Below are positions 39,963-50,065 of a stretch of DNA of 64,000 nucleotides, in pieces. Both the position numbers and the translations under genes were made by a program. The notes under the pieces are model-generated. The model saw only the letters and a list, made by a program, of their open reading frames with translations. It had not been told where the DNA came from and did not search any database. Every line of letters starts with the position of its first letter. Position 1 is the stretch's first letter. The stretch lies in the NCBI GenBank assembly GCA_000092065.1, contig CP000600.1; one strand, written 5' to 3'. The DNA comes from Ostreococcus lucimarinus. Lineage: Eukaryota.

Positions 39963-40112
39963 CTTCCTCTTCCTCTTCCTCTTCCTCTTCCTCTTCCTCT
40001 TCCTCTTCCTCTTCCTCTTCCTCTTCCTCTTCCTCTTCCTCTTCCTCTTCCTCTTCCTCTTCCTCTTCCTCTTCCTCTTCCTCTTCCTCTTCCTCTTCCT
40101 CTTCCTCTTCCT
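39963..40112. repeat. (CTTCCT)n hexanucleotide microsatellite, about 25 copies
   Basis: 150 nt of a perfect cttcct repeat ends 5 bp from the transportin stop codon (minus strand). Confidence 0.9.
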
Positions 40113-40116
40113 CCAC

Positions 40117-42849
40117 TTAAACGCCGTACTGCTCAGCTAATTTTCTCATCACACCAGGTTCGAGATCCCGTACAACCATCGCCCACTGGTCGGTCCCAAC
40201 GTGATCCTTGAAGCCGCGCACAAGTTGACCCATGGTCGCGACGAGTTCATTGTTGCGGCACTGTCTCCACGACGCAACGGCCTCGACAAATGCGCTCAAA
40301 CCACTCGTCGCGCCCGACGGATTCATCTGAATCAACTTGCAAAGCCCCATGAAGCCGTGTTCTTTTTCAACGCCATCGCGAAGTCGTCTCAGAGCAGAGC
40401 ACCAAGACGTGATGAAATGCGCGAGACCACCTTGTAATTCTTCAGGACACGTCATCGAAAGTCGACCAAGACTTATGGCGGCATTTTCGCCAAGGGCTCT
40501 GTTCACCATTCGCATGTCGAGAATTTGAACCAAACATTGCGCCAGTGGCGCTACAAATGGACGCAATACGTCGCTTGACGTTCGAATGGCGATCTCGCCG
40601 GCGGCCCAGCTTGCGTTATTGCATACAGACATGTTCATGGATATGACCATCGCTGGCTGCAACTGCGCAACAATGAGCTCCATCAACTGTTGCAAAGACG
40701 GAGTCAAGTGCGCAGTACTCGAACGTGTGAGATCGCCCACGAGTGCGAATGCGCTACGTCTGACTCCTGGGGACTCATCCATGCACGAAGCGATGAGAAT
40801 ATCTCGAATAGGCGACTGCGCGACGAGCGGCTCGATGGCTTGTCCCATGCCTTCGCATAAACCAGAAAGCAAGTCCAAGGTACAAATGACGATGTCGATT
40901 GCGTACTCTTCGGCTGGCATCTCGCCGCGTTGCACTGCAGTGCGCTGCTGAAGCTGGTATGTCAAAGCGGAAATGCATTTTGCGAAAATCCCAGACGAGA
41001 ACTCGGCCGATGCCTGCCCGAGGCCGACGATTATCGCCGTGAGGCACTCGAGCAAATGATACAGCTCAGGGTCCACCTTGTTCGCATTCTCCCACTTTTG
41101 AAGCATTCCTGGTAAGATCGCACCGGCGTACCGCGCATCCTCAATCGACGGACCGATATTCTCCGCGAGCATGGTCAGTGCGTCGTACAAGTTGCGCATA
41201 TTCTTCCGCTGGTATGTAGCCAGCGCCTGGGTGAGCGTCTGCACGATAGTTTCGGTCCAAGGCGCCAGCGTGTCTTGACCTTCGGCGAGAAGGGTCGCGA
41301 TCGCGCCGCAAGCTGCGGCTTGAACGTGTTTGTTGTGATCCAAGCACCTCTTGCAAAGCGCTGTCGTCAGCGTGTTGAGCTGCTCCATACCTTGCTGCTG
41401 GGGCATCGCGTTTGGATCGTTCGACGGCCTCGCGCACTGCAACGTCCATCGAGAGAATCGACTGAGCGTCCAGCAAGTCGTTGAGCGCACCAACGGACGG
41501 GCGTCATCCAGCATCGGTAAGAGGAAATTGATTAGCATCGGGAGGTATTGCAGCAAGCCGCCTGAACAGCCCTCAGCGACGGCGCCAAGGGCCAAAATAG
41601 CGCTCTCACGGATCTCCCACCTCGACTCGCGTAGTCTCTGCTCGACGACGGGTAGCAGAAGAGGCAGAAGCTCGTCGCCAAAGACGTTCGACAGGATGTC
41701 CAAACCATTTGCAGAACTCTTTCGGAGGTTCCACACGAAGTCATCGCTGTCGTCTTGGCCGTCATCCTCTCCTTCTCCTTGTGAGCCTTTATCCTTGGTA
41801 TCACGAAACGTGGGTTTGATGTCTTGATCTCTGTCTTCCCTTCCCACGTTCACTTCGTCGTCCTCGGCCGAAATCACTTCCTCGTCGTCCTCCGTGTACG
41901 CCATGTTTGTCAACAACACTGGGATGAGTCTCGGCGTAAACTCGCGCAAAATTTGCACATAATCATCACCCAGTTCGGCCTCACAGAACGCTCCCCAGAA
42001 CTCGCACGACTCCATGGCGACGTCTTTATCCTCGTCGTCCTGCCTTTCGAGCATGTACACGATGATTTCCCGCAAATTCGGCGCCAACTTTTCTGGACAA
42101 ATGTGAATCAACATGACCAAGCCCGAGCACACCAGCCTTCGAACGTCGTTGTCCGGATCGTTCGCGAGCGAAAACAATCCTTGCAAGTAACTATCCAACA
42201 GCGCGTAGTGGTTTTCCGGCCAGCACGGCGCGATCATGTTCACCACGCCGACCGCTTGCTGGCGCACCTTGGCCGCCGGCGAGGAGAACAACGCGAACAG
42301 TCGCGGAATCACCATCCCCGCGGGCGAATCCGGCAACCCGGGCACTTTGACGTCCAATCTCCCGTTCACCTCCTCGCACGCCTTGTACAGCGCGCCCAGG
42401 GCACCGTCTCGAGAATTCTCGTCCCCCGCCTCGACCGCTCTCACGAGCGTCGGCCACAGGTCGCCCCAATTTTCAACCCCCCCGCACCGCACGATCACCG
42501 CCACGCACGTCCCGCACGTCCCCCTGATCAATCTCGACGGGTGTCCCAGCGCTCTCAGCAGCGTTTCTCGCACGTACGTCCTGTACTCTTCGCTCATCGT
42601 CGTCGTCCACGACGTCTTCAGATTATTCTTCAACAGCAGTCCCGCGCTCTGTCGCACGTCCTCCCTCCGTCCCGCGTCCTCGTCGCTCGTCAGCACGTGC
42701 GCGAGGTAGTTATTAAAGTCCGGAAACCCCGCGCATTGCTCCAGCCTGCCCAGCATCTCTCGCTGATTCGCGCGCGGGTCCAAGTATTCGGCGATCATCT
42801 GAATGATTCGCGCCGCCCCGTCCCCGTTCGGGGTCCACGCCGTCGCCAT
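40117..42849 (-). CDS. TNPO1: transportin-1 / importin-beta-2 (karyopherin)
   Basis: 910 aa. The N-terminus (MATAWTPNGDGAARIIQMIAEYLDP...QCAGFPDFNNYLAHVL) matches the transportin-1 N-terminal importin-beta motif (QYPDFNNYL). HEAT-repeat architecture runs throughout. Confidence 0.8.
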   Translation of the reverse strand: MATAWTPNGDGAARIIQMIAEYLDPRANQREMLGRLEQCAGFPDFNNYLAHVLTSDEDAGRREDVRQSAGLLLKNNLKTSWTTTMSEEYRTYVRETLLRALGHPSRLIRGTCGTCVAVIVRCGGVENWGDLWPTLVRAVEAGDENSRDGALGALYKACEEVNGRLDVKVPGLPDSPAGMVIPRLFALFSSPAAKVRQQAVGVVNMIAPCWPENHYALLDSYLQGLFSLANDPDNDVRRLVCSGLVMLIHICPEKLAPNLREIIVYMLERQDDEDKDVAMESCEFWGAFCEAELGDDYVQILREFTPRLIPVLLTNMAYTEDDEEVISAEDDEVNVGREDRDQDIKPTFRDTKDKGSQGEGEDDGQDDSDDFVWNLRKSSANGLDILSNVFGDELLPLLLPVVEQRLRESRWEIRESAILALGAVAEGCSGGLLQYLPMLINFLLPMLDDARPLVRSTTCWTLSRFSRWTLQCARPSNDPNAMPQQQGMEQLNTLTTALCKRCLDHNKHVQAAACGAIATLLAEGQDTLAPWTETIVQTLTQALATYQRKNMRNLYDALTMLAENIGPSIEDARYAGAILPGMLQKWENANKVDPELYHLLECLTAIIVGLGQASAEFSSGIFAKCISALTYQLQQRTAVQRGEMPAEEYAIDIVICTLDLLSGLCEGMGQAIEPLVAQSPIRDILIASCMDESPGVRRSAFALVGDLTRSSTAHLTPSLQQLMELIVAQLQPAMVISMNMSVCNNASWAAGEIAIRTSSDVLRPFVAPLAQCLVQILDMRMVNRALGENAAISLGRLSMTCPEELQGGLAHFITSWCSALRRLRDGVEKEHGFMGLCKLIQMNPSGATSGLSAFVEAVASWRQCRNNELVATMGQLVRGFKDHVGTDQWAMVVRDLEPGVMRKLAEQYGV

Positions 42850-43037
42850 CGCGCGCGGGAGCGCGCGTCGCGCGTCGCGTCGCGTCGCTCGACGCGCTCG
42901 CGTCGCGGTCGCGCTCGCGTCGCGCTGTGCGGGACGACGGATCGATCGCCGCGCGCGTCGGCGTCGGATAACCTCACGGCGCGACGCGCGACGCGCGCTC
43001 CGCGAGCGCGCGTCGAGCGACGACGACGACGCGCGCG

Positions 43038-44138
43038 ATGACGACGATGATGACGCGCGCGACGGCGACGACGCGCGCGACGGCGGGCGGACGCGCGAGC
43101 GGGAGCGCGGACGCGCGGACGACGCGACGCGTCGCGATGCCGAGCCGGGACGCGGCGACGACGGCGCGCGCGCGACGCGACGCGCGAGCGCGAGCGATGA
43201 AGCGGGTGTTCATCGATGGCGAGGCCGGAACCACGGGGCTTCAGGTGCGCGAACGGTTGGAGGCGCGAGGGGACGTCGAGCTGATTCAACTGGATGAGGG
43301 CTCGAGAAAGAATCTCGAGGCGAGACGCGCGGCGTTGAACGAGTGCGACGCGGCGATTCTGTGCCTTCCCGATCAGGCGGCGGAGGAGGCGGTGAAATTG
43401 GTGGAGAATGAGACGACGGTGGTGATCGATGCGTCGACGGCTTTTCGCGTCGCCGATGGTTGGACGTACGGATTCCCGGAGCTGGCGCCAGGGCATCGAG
43501 AGTTGGTCAAGGCGTCGAAGAGAATCTCAAATCCGGGGTGCTATCCCACCGGGTTCATCGCACTCACTAGACCATTGGTTGACGCGGGCATCCTGTCTCC
43601 AGGCGCGGCGTTGACGGTGAACGCGGTGAGCGGGTACACGGGCGGCGGTAAGGCGCTCATCAAGGTGTACGAGGAGGAAGAACACGAGCCGTGGGGCGCT
43701 TACGGATTTAATCTCGAACACAAGCACTTGCCAGAGATGGCGAAATGGAGCATGATCGGTCGTGAACCAATTTTCATGCCATCTGTCGGTTCCTTCGCGC
43801 AAGGTATGGTGGTGAGCGTACCGTTGCATTACGATCAACTTGCCGCCGACGCTCGCAGCGCCAAGCGTCTGCATGAGTGCTTACGCGCGCGGTACGCGCA
43901 GAGTACGTACGTTTCGGTGCGAGATTTGAACAAGATGGACGACCTCGAGCGTGGAGCTTTCATGAGACCAGACTCTTTGGCGAACACGAACAAGCTCGAG
44001 TTAAGTGTTTACGCCAACGACTCAAAGCGAACCGCCGTTCTCGTGGCAAGGTTAGATAATTTGGGCAAAGGTGCTTCGGGTGCGGCGGTGCAAAACATGA
44101 ACTTGGCGCTTGGACTGGATGAAACAATGGGATTGTAG
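43038..44138 (+). CDS. argC: N-acetyl-gamma-glutamyl-phosphate reductase (ArgC), with presequence
   Basis: Rossmann N-terminus MKRVFIDGEAGTTGLQ, catalytic-Cys motif ISNPGCYPTGFIALTRPLV and NAVSGYTGGGK are present. The Thr/Arg/Ala-rich N-terminal 55 aa look like a transit peptide. Confidence 0.7.
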   Translation: MTTMMTRATATTRATAGGRASGSADARTTRRVAMPSRDAATTARARRDARARAMKRVFIDGEAGTTGLQVRERLEARGDVELIQLDEGSRKNLEARRAALNECDAAILCLPDQAAEEAVKLVENETTVVIDASTAFRVADGWTYGFPELAPGHRELVKASKRISNPGCYPTGFIALTRPLVDAGILSPGAALTVNAVSGYTGGGKALIKVYEEEEHEPWGAYGFNLEHKHLPEMAKWSMIGREPIFMPSVGSFAQGMVVSVPLHYDQLAADARSAKRLHECLRARYAQSTYVSVRDLNKMDDLERGAFMRPDSLANTNKLELSVYANDSKRTAVLVARLDNLGKGASGAAVQNMNLALGLDETMGL

Positions 44139-44263
44139 GCATTACGAGACAGTATGTTAACATATTATGCTAAGATATACCACGATGAACCATGAAAATA
44201 TTATAGTACCACTAGAATCGTAGTGGCAGAGAATCAGAGCGACGCGCGGTCGCACAAGCTATC

Positions 44264-44587
44264 TCACTTATCAAATAGTGATGGGCGAATCGCGCCGCCA
44301 AGATTCGACGGGAACAACTTCCTCACAAAGCAACCCACTTTCGAACGGTGCTTGTAAATTTTCGTCCGGATTCTGTTGAATGCCTCCGGTGAGCGGACAG
44401 AATCGAATGTTCCAGTGCGTAAGAACATTCCTTCTAGCGCGCGCGCGTACTTTTCTAGAGTGTCAAGATCTTCCAGCAAATCCGTCATAGCGTAATCCAT
44501 CCTGAGAAACGCCGAGCGCGCACGGTGCGAATAATAATTCACATCGCACATCTCCATATCATCGATGCTGTATTCAAACTGCGCCAA
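44264..44587 (-). CDS. hypothetical small protein (107 aa)
   Basis: Non-repetitive ORF with balanced composition in an otherwise gene-dense context. No family recognised. It could be an exon of a spliced gene together with ORF 44893..45213. Confidence 0.25.
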   Translation of the reverse strand: MAQFEYSIDDMEMCDVNYYSHRARSAFLRMDYAMTDLLEDLDTLEKYARALEGMFLRTGTFDSVRSPEAFNRIRTKIYKHRSKVGCFVRKLFPSNLGGAIRPSLFDK

Positions 44588-44892
44588 CGTATGCTATCGT
44601 GTCACGCACGCATATTGTTACTTTAGTCAGTCATCAATCTCTCCGTGCGTCGTCGAAATCACGACTCGCGTGTAGTCGTATCGCTCGCATCGCTCGTCCC
44701 GTCGCACCTGCATGAGCTGCGCAATGTATTCGTGGCAACCCACCACCGCTTGCGCGTGACGATGCGGCCATCGCGTTACGCCCGCTTTTCTACACCTACA
44801 CTCACCGCGAACCAGACGCGCATCGTCAGTCACGCGGTCCGTGCGAGCGACAAAGACTCTCAAAAAAGTCAAAAAAAAATCGCGCGCTGGGC

Positions 44893-45213
44893 TCAAAAAC
44901 ACAATAAAGCGACGAAAGACACGTGCGCTTTGACGTACTGCAGCCTGAATGATCCAGAGGGCATCCCAAACGCCTTCGCGACTTTGTCCGCGGGCATCAT
45001 CAGGAACGCGTACAGCTCGTGCAAGTCGAACGGCTCGTCCAACTCCTCGTCGATCGCCAACGCCTCGCGTTCGGCAAACTGTTTCGCGACGAGCGCCGCT
45101 CGCCTCGCCCGTTGATCATCATCGATTATCCCCAATCGATGATCTAAGATCGCGCGCGCCGCGCGCGCCTCCGTCGCCGCGAGCGCGTCGCGTTCGTTCG
45201 CAATCGTTCTCAT
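44893..45213 (-). CDS. hypothetical small protein or exon (106 aa)
   Basis: ORF with a structured C-terminal half (LDEPFDLHELYAFLMMPADKVAKAFGMPSGSFRLQYVK). No family recognised. Confidence 0.2.
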   Translation of the reverse strand: MRTIANERDALAATEARAARAILDHRLGIIDDDQRARRAALVAKQFAEREALAIDEELDEPFDLHELYAFLMMPADKVAKAFGMPSGSFRLQYVKAHVSFVALLCF

Positions 45214-45592
45214 CGCGCGTGCGCGCGCGTCGCAGCCACGCGCGCCGCGCCGGGCGAGCGCACCACGGCCTCGCGCCTCGGAATAAAAAAACCCTCCGGT
45301 GGCATCGCGCGCGCCTTCCCGCGTCGCGCGCTTTCACTCGGCACGTTCATCGCACCGTCGATACCCTTTCGATTCGCGCTTGTACGGCGTCTTCGCCGCG
45401 CGCGGTGGCGATAAACGTTCGTGCGCTTTTTCGCCACTTTTTCGGTCTTTTCGGTCTGTTCGACGGCGACCGGTCGACAGTCGGAGATTTAACTTGTCGT
45501 ATGCGTAAACAGTCAGAATAAGGACGTATGCGTAAACAGTTCGAGACCCGTGCGCGCGCGCGCCGGGCGCGCCGGCGTCCCGGACCGCACTC

Positions 45593-45626
<34 letters not shown>

Positions 45627-45631
45627 GCGCC

Positions 45632-46918
45632 ATGCGCCGCGCGCTGGACGACGACGATGATCTCGGAGGCGCGCGTCGACGACGCGACGGCGCGCGAGCG
45701 CGCGCGGGGGCGCGAACGAGCGCGGCGAAGGCGGATGGGGACGGTTGCGCCGCGCGCGGTGCGTCGGCGGCGGCGCGCGAGGAGAACGGCGGCGCGGCGG
45801 CGCCGGGCGAGGGCGAGGGCGCGGGAGGGGCGATGCGCGTCGCGCGCGAGTGGGTCGGGGGTGATGGCGCGAAGGCGCGCGCGAGGGGCGTGGGGAGCGG
45901 GGGCGCGGCGAGGCGGGCGGCGCGCGGGCTAAATATAGCGACGACGACCGCGGTCGGGATGTACGTGTATTGGATACTCATGGGGACGGTGGCTTGGATC
46001 TCGCACTTGGGCGAACGCGCGCCGTGGTTGAGGTTCGCGCTACCGGCGGAAGGATATCCGGGAAACGCGCCGTCGAGCGCGGGGGCGCTCGGATTCGTCG
46101 CGAGAAACGTGCCGCTGAGTCTCATCTTTGTCGTGCCGCATTCAGTGTTTTTGCCGAGTCGATTGCGGAAGATTTTCGGAAAACATGGGCGTTTGATGTA
46201 TAATTTCGTGTCTGCGGCGACGTTGCACTTCTTCTTGTTGAATTTTACGCCGTTGAAGACGCCGGTGGTGATGACGATTCCATTCAACACGAATTTTCAC
46301 AACGCGCTCTCGATTGGATGTCTCGCTTACGCGTCGTATGCGTTCCTCAGCTCACCCGCAACGTTAGGTTTATTAGGTGTGAGCTCGGCGCTCGAGCTTC
46401 GCGACAGTAAATACTCCAATCCAGCGGCTGGCATGGACGCCATCACGTGGATGGGCGTGACGACGTGGCGGCTCGGCGGCGCCTCCGCCTTTGTATTGTT
46501 CACCGGTCTATCCATCATCCCGCGCGAGCTCACGTTGGGTGACTGCATCACGAGATGTGTTGCTGCGGTGTATTTACGTCAGCGCTCGCGATCGTTCCGC
46601 GAGTGGGTGGAAAAGATCGAGGGCGTCCACCTCTTGACGTGGATTTTACGAGGCACGCTCTTGTCCTTCGCGTGTCACGGCGCCTTGCAAGGCGGTGGAA
46701 ACGTTCGCACAGTGGGATGGATTTTATTCGGCGCCGCGAGTTTAGCGGGAATTCTGCGTCTCGCCGAGTCAGAGAGTCCGAACGCTAAGAAGAAACCCAT
46801 TTCTCGCGCCGCGTCCTTTGACGTCGCCGAAGCCGCGCCCGCGGCGCTCGACGACGTCGCCCGAGTCAATCGCCCGGAGCGCTGGCACGCGTGGAACCCG
46901 CACGCTCGCATGACGTGA
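45632..46918 (+). CDS. polytopic membrane protein, NnrU-family-like (15-cis-zeta-carotene isomerase Z-ISO-like?)
   Basis: Several TM helices. The segment VPHSVFLPSRLRKIFGKHGRLMYNFVSAATL fits the NnrU HSxxxSxxxK...YRxxYN pattern. The N-terminal 70 codons are Arg/Ala/Gly low complexity. The start is uncertain; the ATG at 45833 is an alternative. Confidence 0.4.
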   Translation: MRRALDDDDDLGGARRRRDGARARAGARTSAAKADGDGCAARGASAAAREENGGAAAPGEGEGAGGAMRVAREWVGGDGAKARARGVGSGGAARRAARGLNIATTTAVGMYVYWILMGTVAWISHLGERAPWLRFALPAEGYPGNAPSSAGALGFVARNVPLSLIFVVPHSVFLPSRLRKIFGKHGRLMYNFVSAATLHFFLLNFTPLKTPVVMTIPFNTNFHNALSIGCLAYASYAFLSSPATLGLLGVSSALELRDSKYSNPAAGMDAITWMGVTTWRLGGASAFVLFTGLSIIPRELTLGDCITRCVAAVYLRQRSRSFREWVEKIEGVHLLTWILRGTLLSFACHGALQGGGNVRTVGWILFGAASLAGILRLAESESPNAKKKPISRAASFDVAEAAPAALDDVARVNRPERWHAWNPHARMT

Positions 46919-47084
46919 CGCGACAAAGCGTTCGTTCTGTTGTCAACTTTAGTTTACCGCTCACTCGCGTTCGCGCGAATCGTTTCGCCTTCGACGCCGC
47001 GCTTCGCGCTCGCGTCCCGCTCGCCCGAGCGCAGCCGCCACTCGCCGACGCGTCGTTCGCGCTTTCGCTTTCGCGCGACGGGTC

Positions 47085-49046
47085 ATGGCCGCGCCCGCGC
47101 CGTGGGAGCCCGCGGCGGCTAAAGCCGAGGGTCCACCGTTCGAAGATCTCGTCCCCGCCCTGCGCGCGTCCTCGCTCGCCGTCCTCGAGCGCGCCGGTTT
47201 CGCGCGCTCGACGCCGGTCCAGGCCGCCACCGTCCCGCTGCTCTGCTCGCACAAGGACGTCTCCGTCGAGGCGTGCACGGGGTCGGGGAAGACGCTGGCG
47301 TTCGTGCTGCCGATGATTGAGATTCTGGCGCGAGCGAAGCGCGAGCTGAAGCGATACCAGGTCGGGGCGGTGATCGTGAGCCCGACGCGAGAGCTGGCAA
47401 AGCAAATTCACGAAGTCGCGGCGCCGTTCGTGCGGACGCTGGGGAAAGAACGGAGCGAGACGAATGAGGGTGAAGGAGATTTAGCGATGTTGCTCGTGGG
47501 AGGAACGGATGTGGCGAAGGATGTGGCGACGTTCGCGGCGACGTCGCCGCTGGTGCTCATCGCGACGCCGGGGCGCTTGTGGGACGTGATGCAGCGAAGC
47601 AAAGAGCTGGACGGGAAGAAGTGTGAATTGCTCATATTGGACGAAGCCGATCGATTGCTCGGGATGGGATTCATGGCGACTTTGAATAATATTATATCGC
47701 GACTACCCAAGCAGCGAAGGACTGGGTTGTTCAGTGCGACACAGACGGAAGAGGTGGCGGAACTCGCGAGAGCGGGCTTGCGGAACCCGGTGCGAGTGAC
47801 GGTGCGAGACGCGTTGAACTCGGCTGCAAAGGCGGCGGGTGAGAAGGCTGGGAAGCTTCCGACGCAGCTGCAGCTGCTTTATCGTATATGTTCCGTAGAT
47901 TCCAAGCTGTGGCATTTCGTGAACTTCATCAAGGAGCATCGCGAGTGTAAAGTCATCGTCTACTTTTTGACATGCGCGTGCGTGGACTTTTACGAATCGG
48001 CGCTCAAAGAACTTTTGCCAGAGTCCACCGCCATCGCGCTGCACGGAAAAATGAAACAAAGCGCCCGGGAAAGCGCTTTGGGTAAATTCACCGAACAAAA
48101 GTCGGGTATTCTGATGTGTACTGACATCGCGGCTCGCGGTTTAGACATTCCAGGCGTCGATTGGATTGTGCAATTTGATCCACCGCAAGACCCGGCGGCG
48201 TTTGTGCATCGTGTCGGAAGAACTGCGCGCATGGGTCGAGATGGAAGTGCATTAGTGTTTTTATCGCCGAATTCGGAGGCCAGCTATGTGGACTTTTTGC
48301 GAATTCGCGGTGTAGAGATCAAGCCGGCTCCGGGAACGCGCGAAGGTTACGCCGAGGAGGCAGCCGCGGCAAAGGATGGCGGCGACGACAACGGCGAAAT
48401 TGAACTAGCATCAGAGATCGTCGACGCTTTGGAGAAAGATGCGAGCGATGAGAGAAAAGGTGCGGCGCACGTGCATGCGGTGTTGCGAAAAGCGAGCGAA
48501 AAAAAACGGGAAATTATGGAGAAGGGCGTGCGAGCGTACGTCTCATTCATTCGCGGGTACAAGGAGCATCACTGTCGATTCATTTTCCGATTTAAAGAGC
48601 TCGAATACGGCGCGCTCGCCATGTCCATGGGTCTGCTTCGTCTTCCGAAGATGAAGGAAATTCGCAAGGCACCGAAAAAGTTTATGGAATGCTTCGTCGA
48701 ATCATCCGTCCACGCCGATTCGGTGGCTTTCGAGGACAAGGCTCGCGAAAAGCAACGTCAAAGAACCCTCAAGGAGCAAGAAGAAGCGGCCGAGGCGCAG
48801 CGTTTATTGGATGCGGATAAACCCAAACCTAAGAAGGAAAAGGTCAAGGAGGAAAAGCGCCAGACAGCCTTCAAACGTCGCAAGGAAGAGTCCAGAGCCG
48901 ACATCGAAGAGATGGAGGACGATTACCGCGCCCTCAAAAAGTTGAAAAAGGGCAAGATGACGGAGGAAGAGTTCGATCTCGAGATCGGTTTTGACGAAGT
49001 CGAGAAGTCAAACAACAAGAAACCTAGCAAGCGCGCGGGGCGATAG
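47085..49046 (+). CDS. DEAD-box ATP-dependent RNA helicase, DDX55/Spb4 type
   Basis: Q motif region, motif I ACTGSGKTLAF, DEAD box LILDEADRLL, SAT LFSATQT, ARGLD, HRVGRTAR, plus the Lys-rich C-terminal tail typical of DDX55/Spb4. Confidence 0.85.
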   Translation: MAAPAPWEPAAAKAEGPPFEDLVPALRASSLAVLERAGFARSTPVQAATVPLLCSHKDVSVEACTGSGKTLAFVLPMIEILARAKRELKRYQVGAVIVSPTRELAKQIHEVAAPFVRTLGKERSETNEGEGDLAMLLVGGTDVAKDVATFAATSPLVLIATPGRLWDVMQRSKELDGKKCELLILDEADRLLGMGFMATLNNIISRLPKQRRTGLFSATQTEEVAELARAGLRNPVRVTVRDALNSAAKAAGEKAGKLPTQLQLLYRICSVDSKLWHFVNFIKEHRECKVIVYFLTCACVDFYESALKELLPESTAIALHGKMKQSARESALGKFTEQKSGILMCTDIAARGLDIPGVDWIVQFDPPQDPAAFVHRVGRTARMGRDGSALVFLSPNSEASYVDFLRIRGVEIKPAPGTREGYAEEAAAAKDGGDDNGEIELASEIVDALEKDASDERKGAAHVHAVLRKASEKKREIMEKGVRAYVSFIRGYKEHHCRFIFRFKELEYGALAMSMGLLRLPKMKEIRKAPKKFMECFVESSVHADSVAFEDKAREKQRQRTLKEQEEAAEAQRLLDADKPKPKKEKVKEEKRQTAFKRRKEESRADIEEMEDDYRALKKLKKGKMTEEEFDLEIGFDEVEKSNNKKPSKRAGR

Positions 49047-49102
49047 AGCCTCAGTGGAGAGATTCATCTTTAGTAGAACAAGTTTAGATAGTACAACACG
49101 CG

Positions 49103-49670
49103 TCAATCTCTCGAAAGCTGTTTGCGAATCACGCCGCCCCACTTTGCCAACAACGCGTCCACGTCGCCATTCATTCGCGTTCCCACGCCACCCCACACCA
49201 ATAAATCCGGTATATCGCGCAATCCGTTCTCGCCCACCACGCGCACGGTTTCAAACCCCAATCGACCGTAATACCTCACCAATTTCTCCGCGTACCCGTT
49301 CCCGTCGTCGATCGCGAGCAACTCGCACTTTTTACACCCCGCCTCCGCCCCCTCGAGCAGAGACATCGTCCCGAGCAAAATCGCGATCCCAAACGTGCTT
49401 CGCATCTTCCCGCGCTCGCGCTCGCTCACTTTAGAGTTATACACGCGCATGCTATCCATGTGCAATATCCCAAACGGCGGCGGCGCCACGAACCCGTCGT
49501 GCGTCGCCACGACGTCCGCCTCTCCCTCCCCCCCCCGCCCCGTCCTCATCCGTCGCGCCTCCATCTTGAACACCGGTCCGTAAAACTTCGTCTCCAGCGT
49601 CAATCCTCGCGCGTTCGCCGCGCGTTCGATCTCTTCCCGCGTCACGCGCGTCCCGTCGCCGCGTCCTCGT

Positions 49671-49703
<33 letters not shown>

Positions 49704-49891
49704 TCGCGCCTTCCCGTCGCGCGCGCGACGCGCGCCGCGCGCCGTCGCCTCGCCCGCGTCGCCCGCGTCGTCCGCGTCGCGCATCGCGTCGACTCGGCGC
49801 GCGTCGACGGCCGTCGCGCGCGCATCGCGCGTCGCCGAGCGTCGCGCAGTCGCGCGTAACAACCTCGGCGTCGTCGTCGTCGTCGTCGCAC
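49103..49891 (-). CDS. hypothetical protein, weak GNAT-like acetyltransferase resemblance
   Basis: The C-terminal 130 aa are structured (GCKKCELLAIDDGNGYAEKLVRYYGRLGFETV). The N-terminus is Arg-rich with a (DE)n run from a CCTCGT microsatellite. The true start may be an internal ATG. Confidence 0.3.
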
Positions 49892-49907
49892 AGCGCGACG
49901 CGACGCG

Positions 49908-50030
49908 ATGCGCGCGAGCGGCGCGTCGTCGTCGCTCGAGCGCGGCGTCGTCGTCGATGGACGACGCGCGCGACCGCGCGACGCGCGCGCGACGGCGACG
50001 GCGAGGACGCGGATCGCGACGACGCGAATC

Positions 50031-50065
<35 letters not shown>

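Noticed and set aside
45334-46290. 318-aa minus ORF
   Set aside because: Antisense to the NnrU-like membrane protein gene, with poly-Ala/Arg composition.
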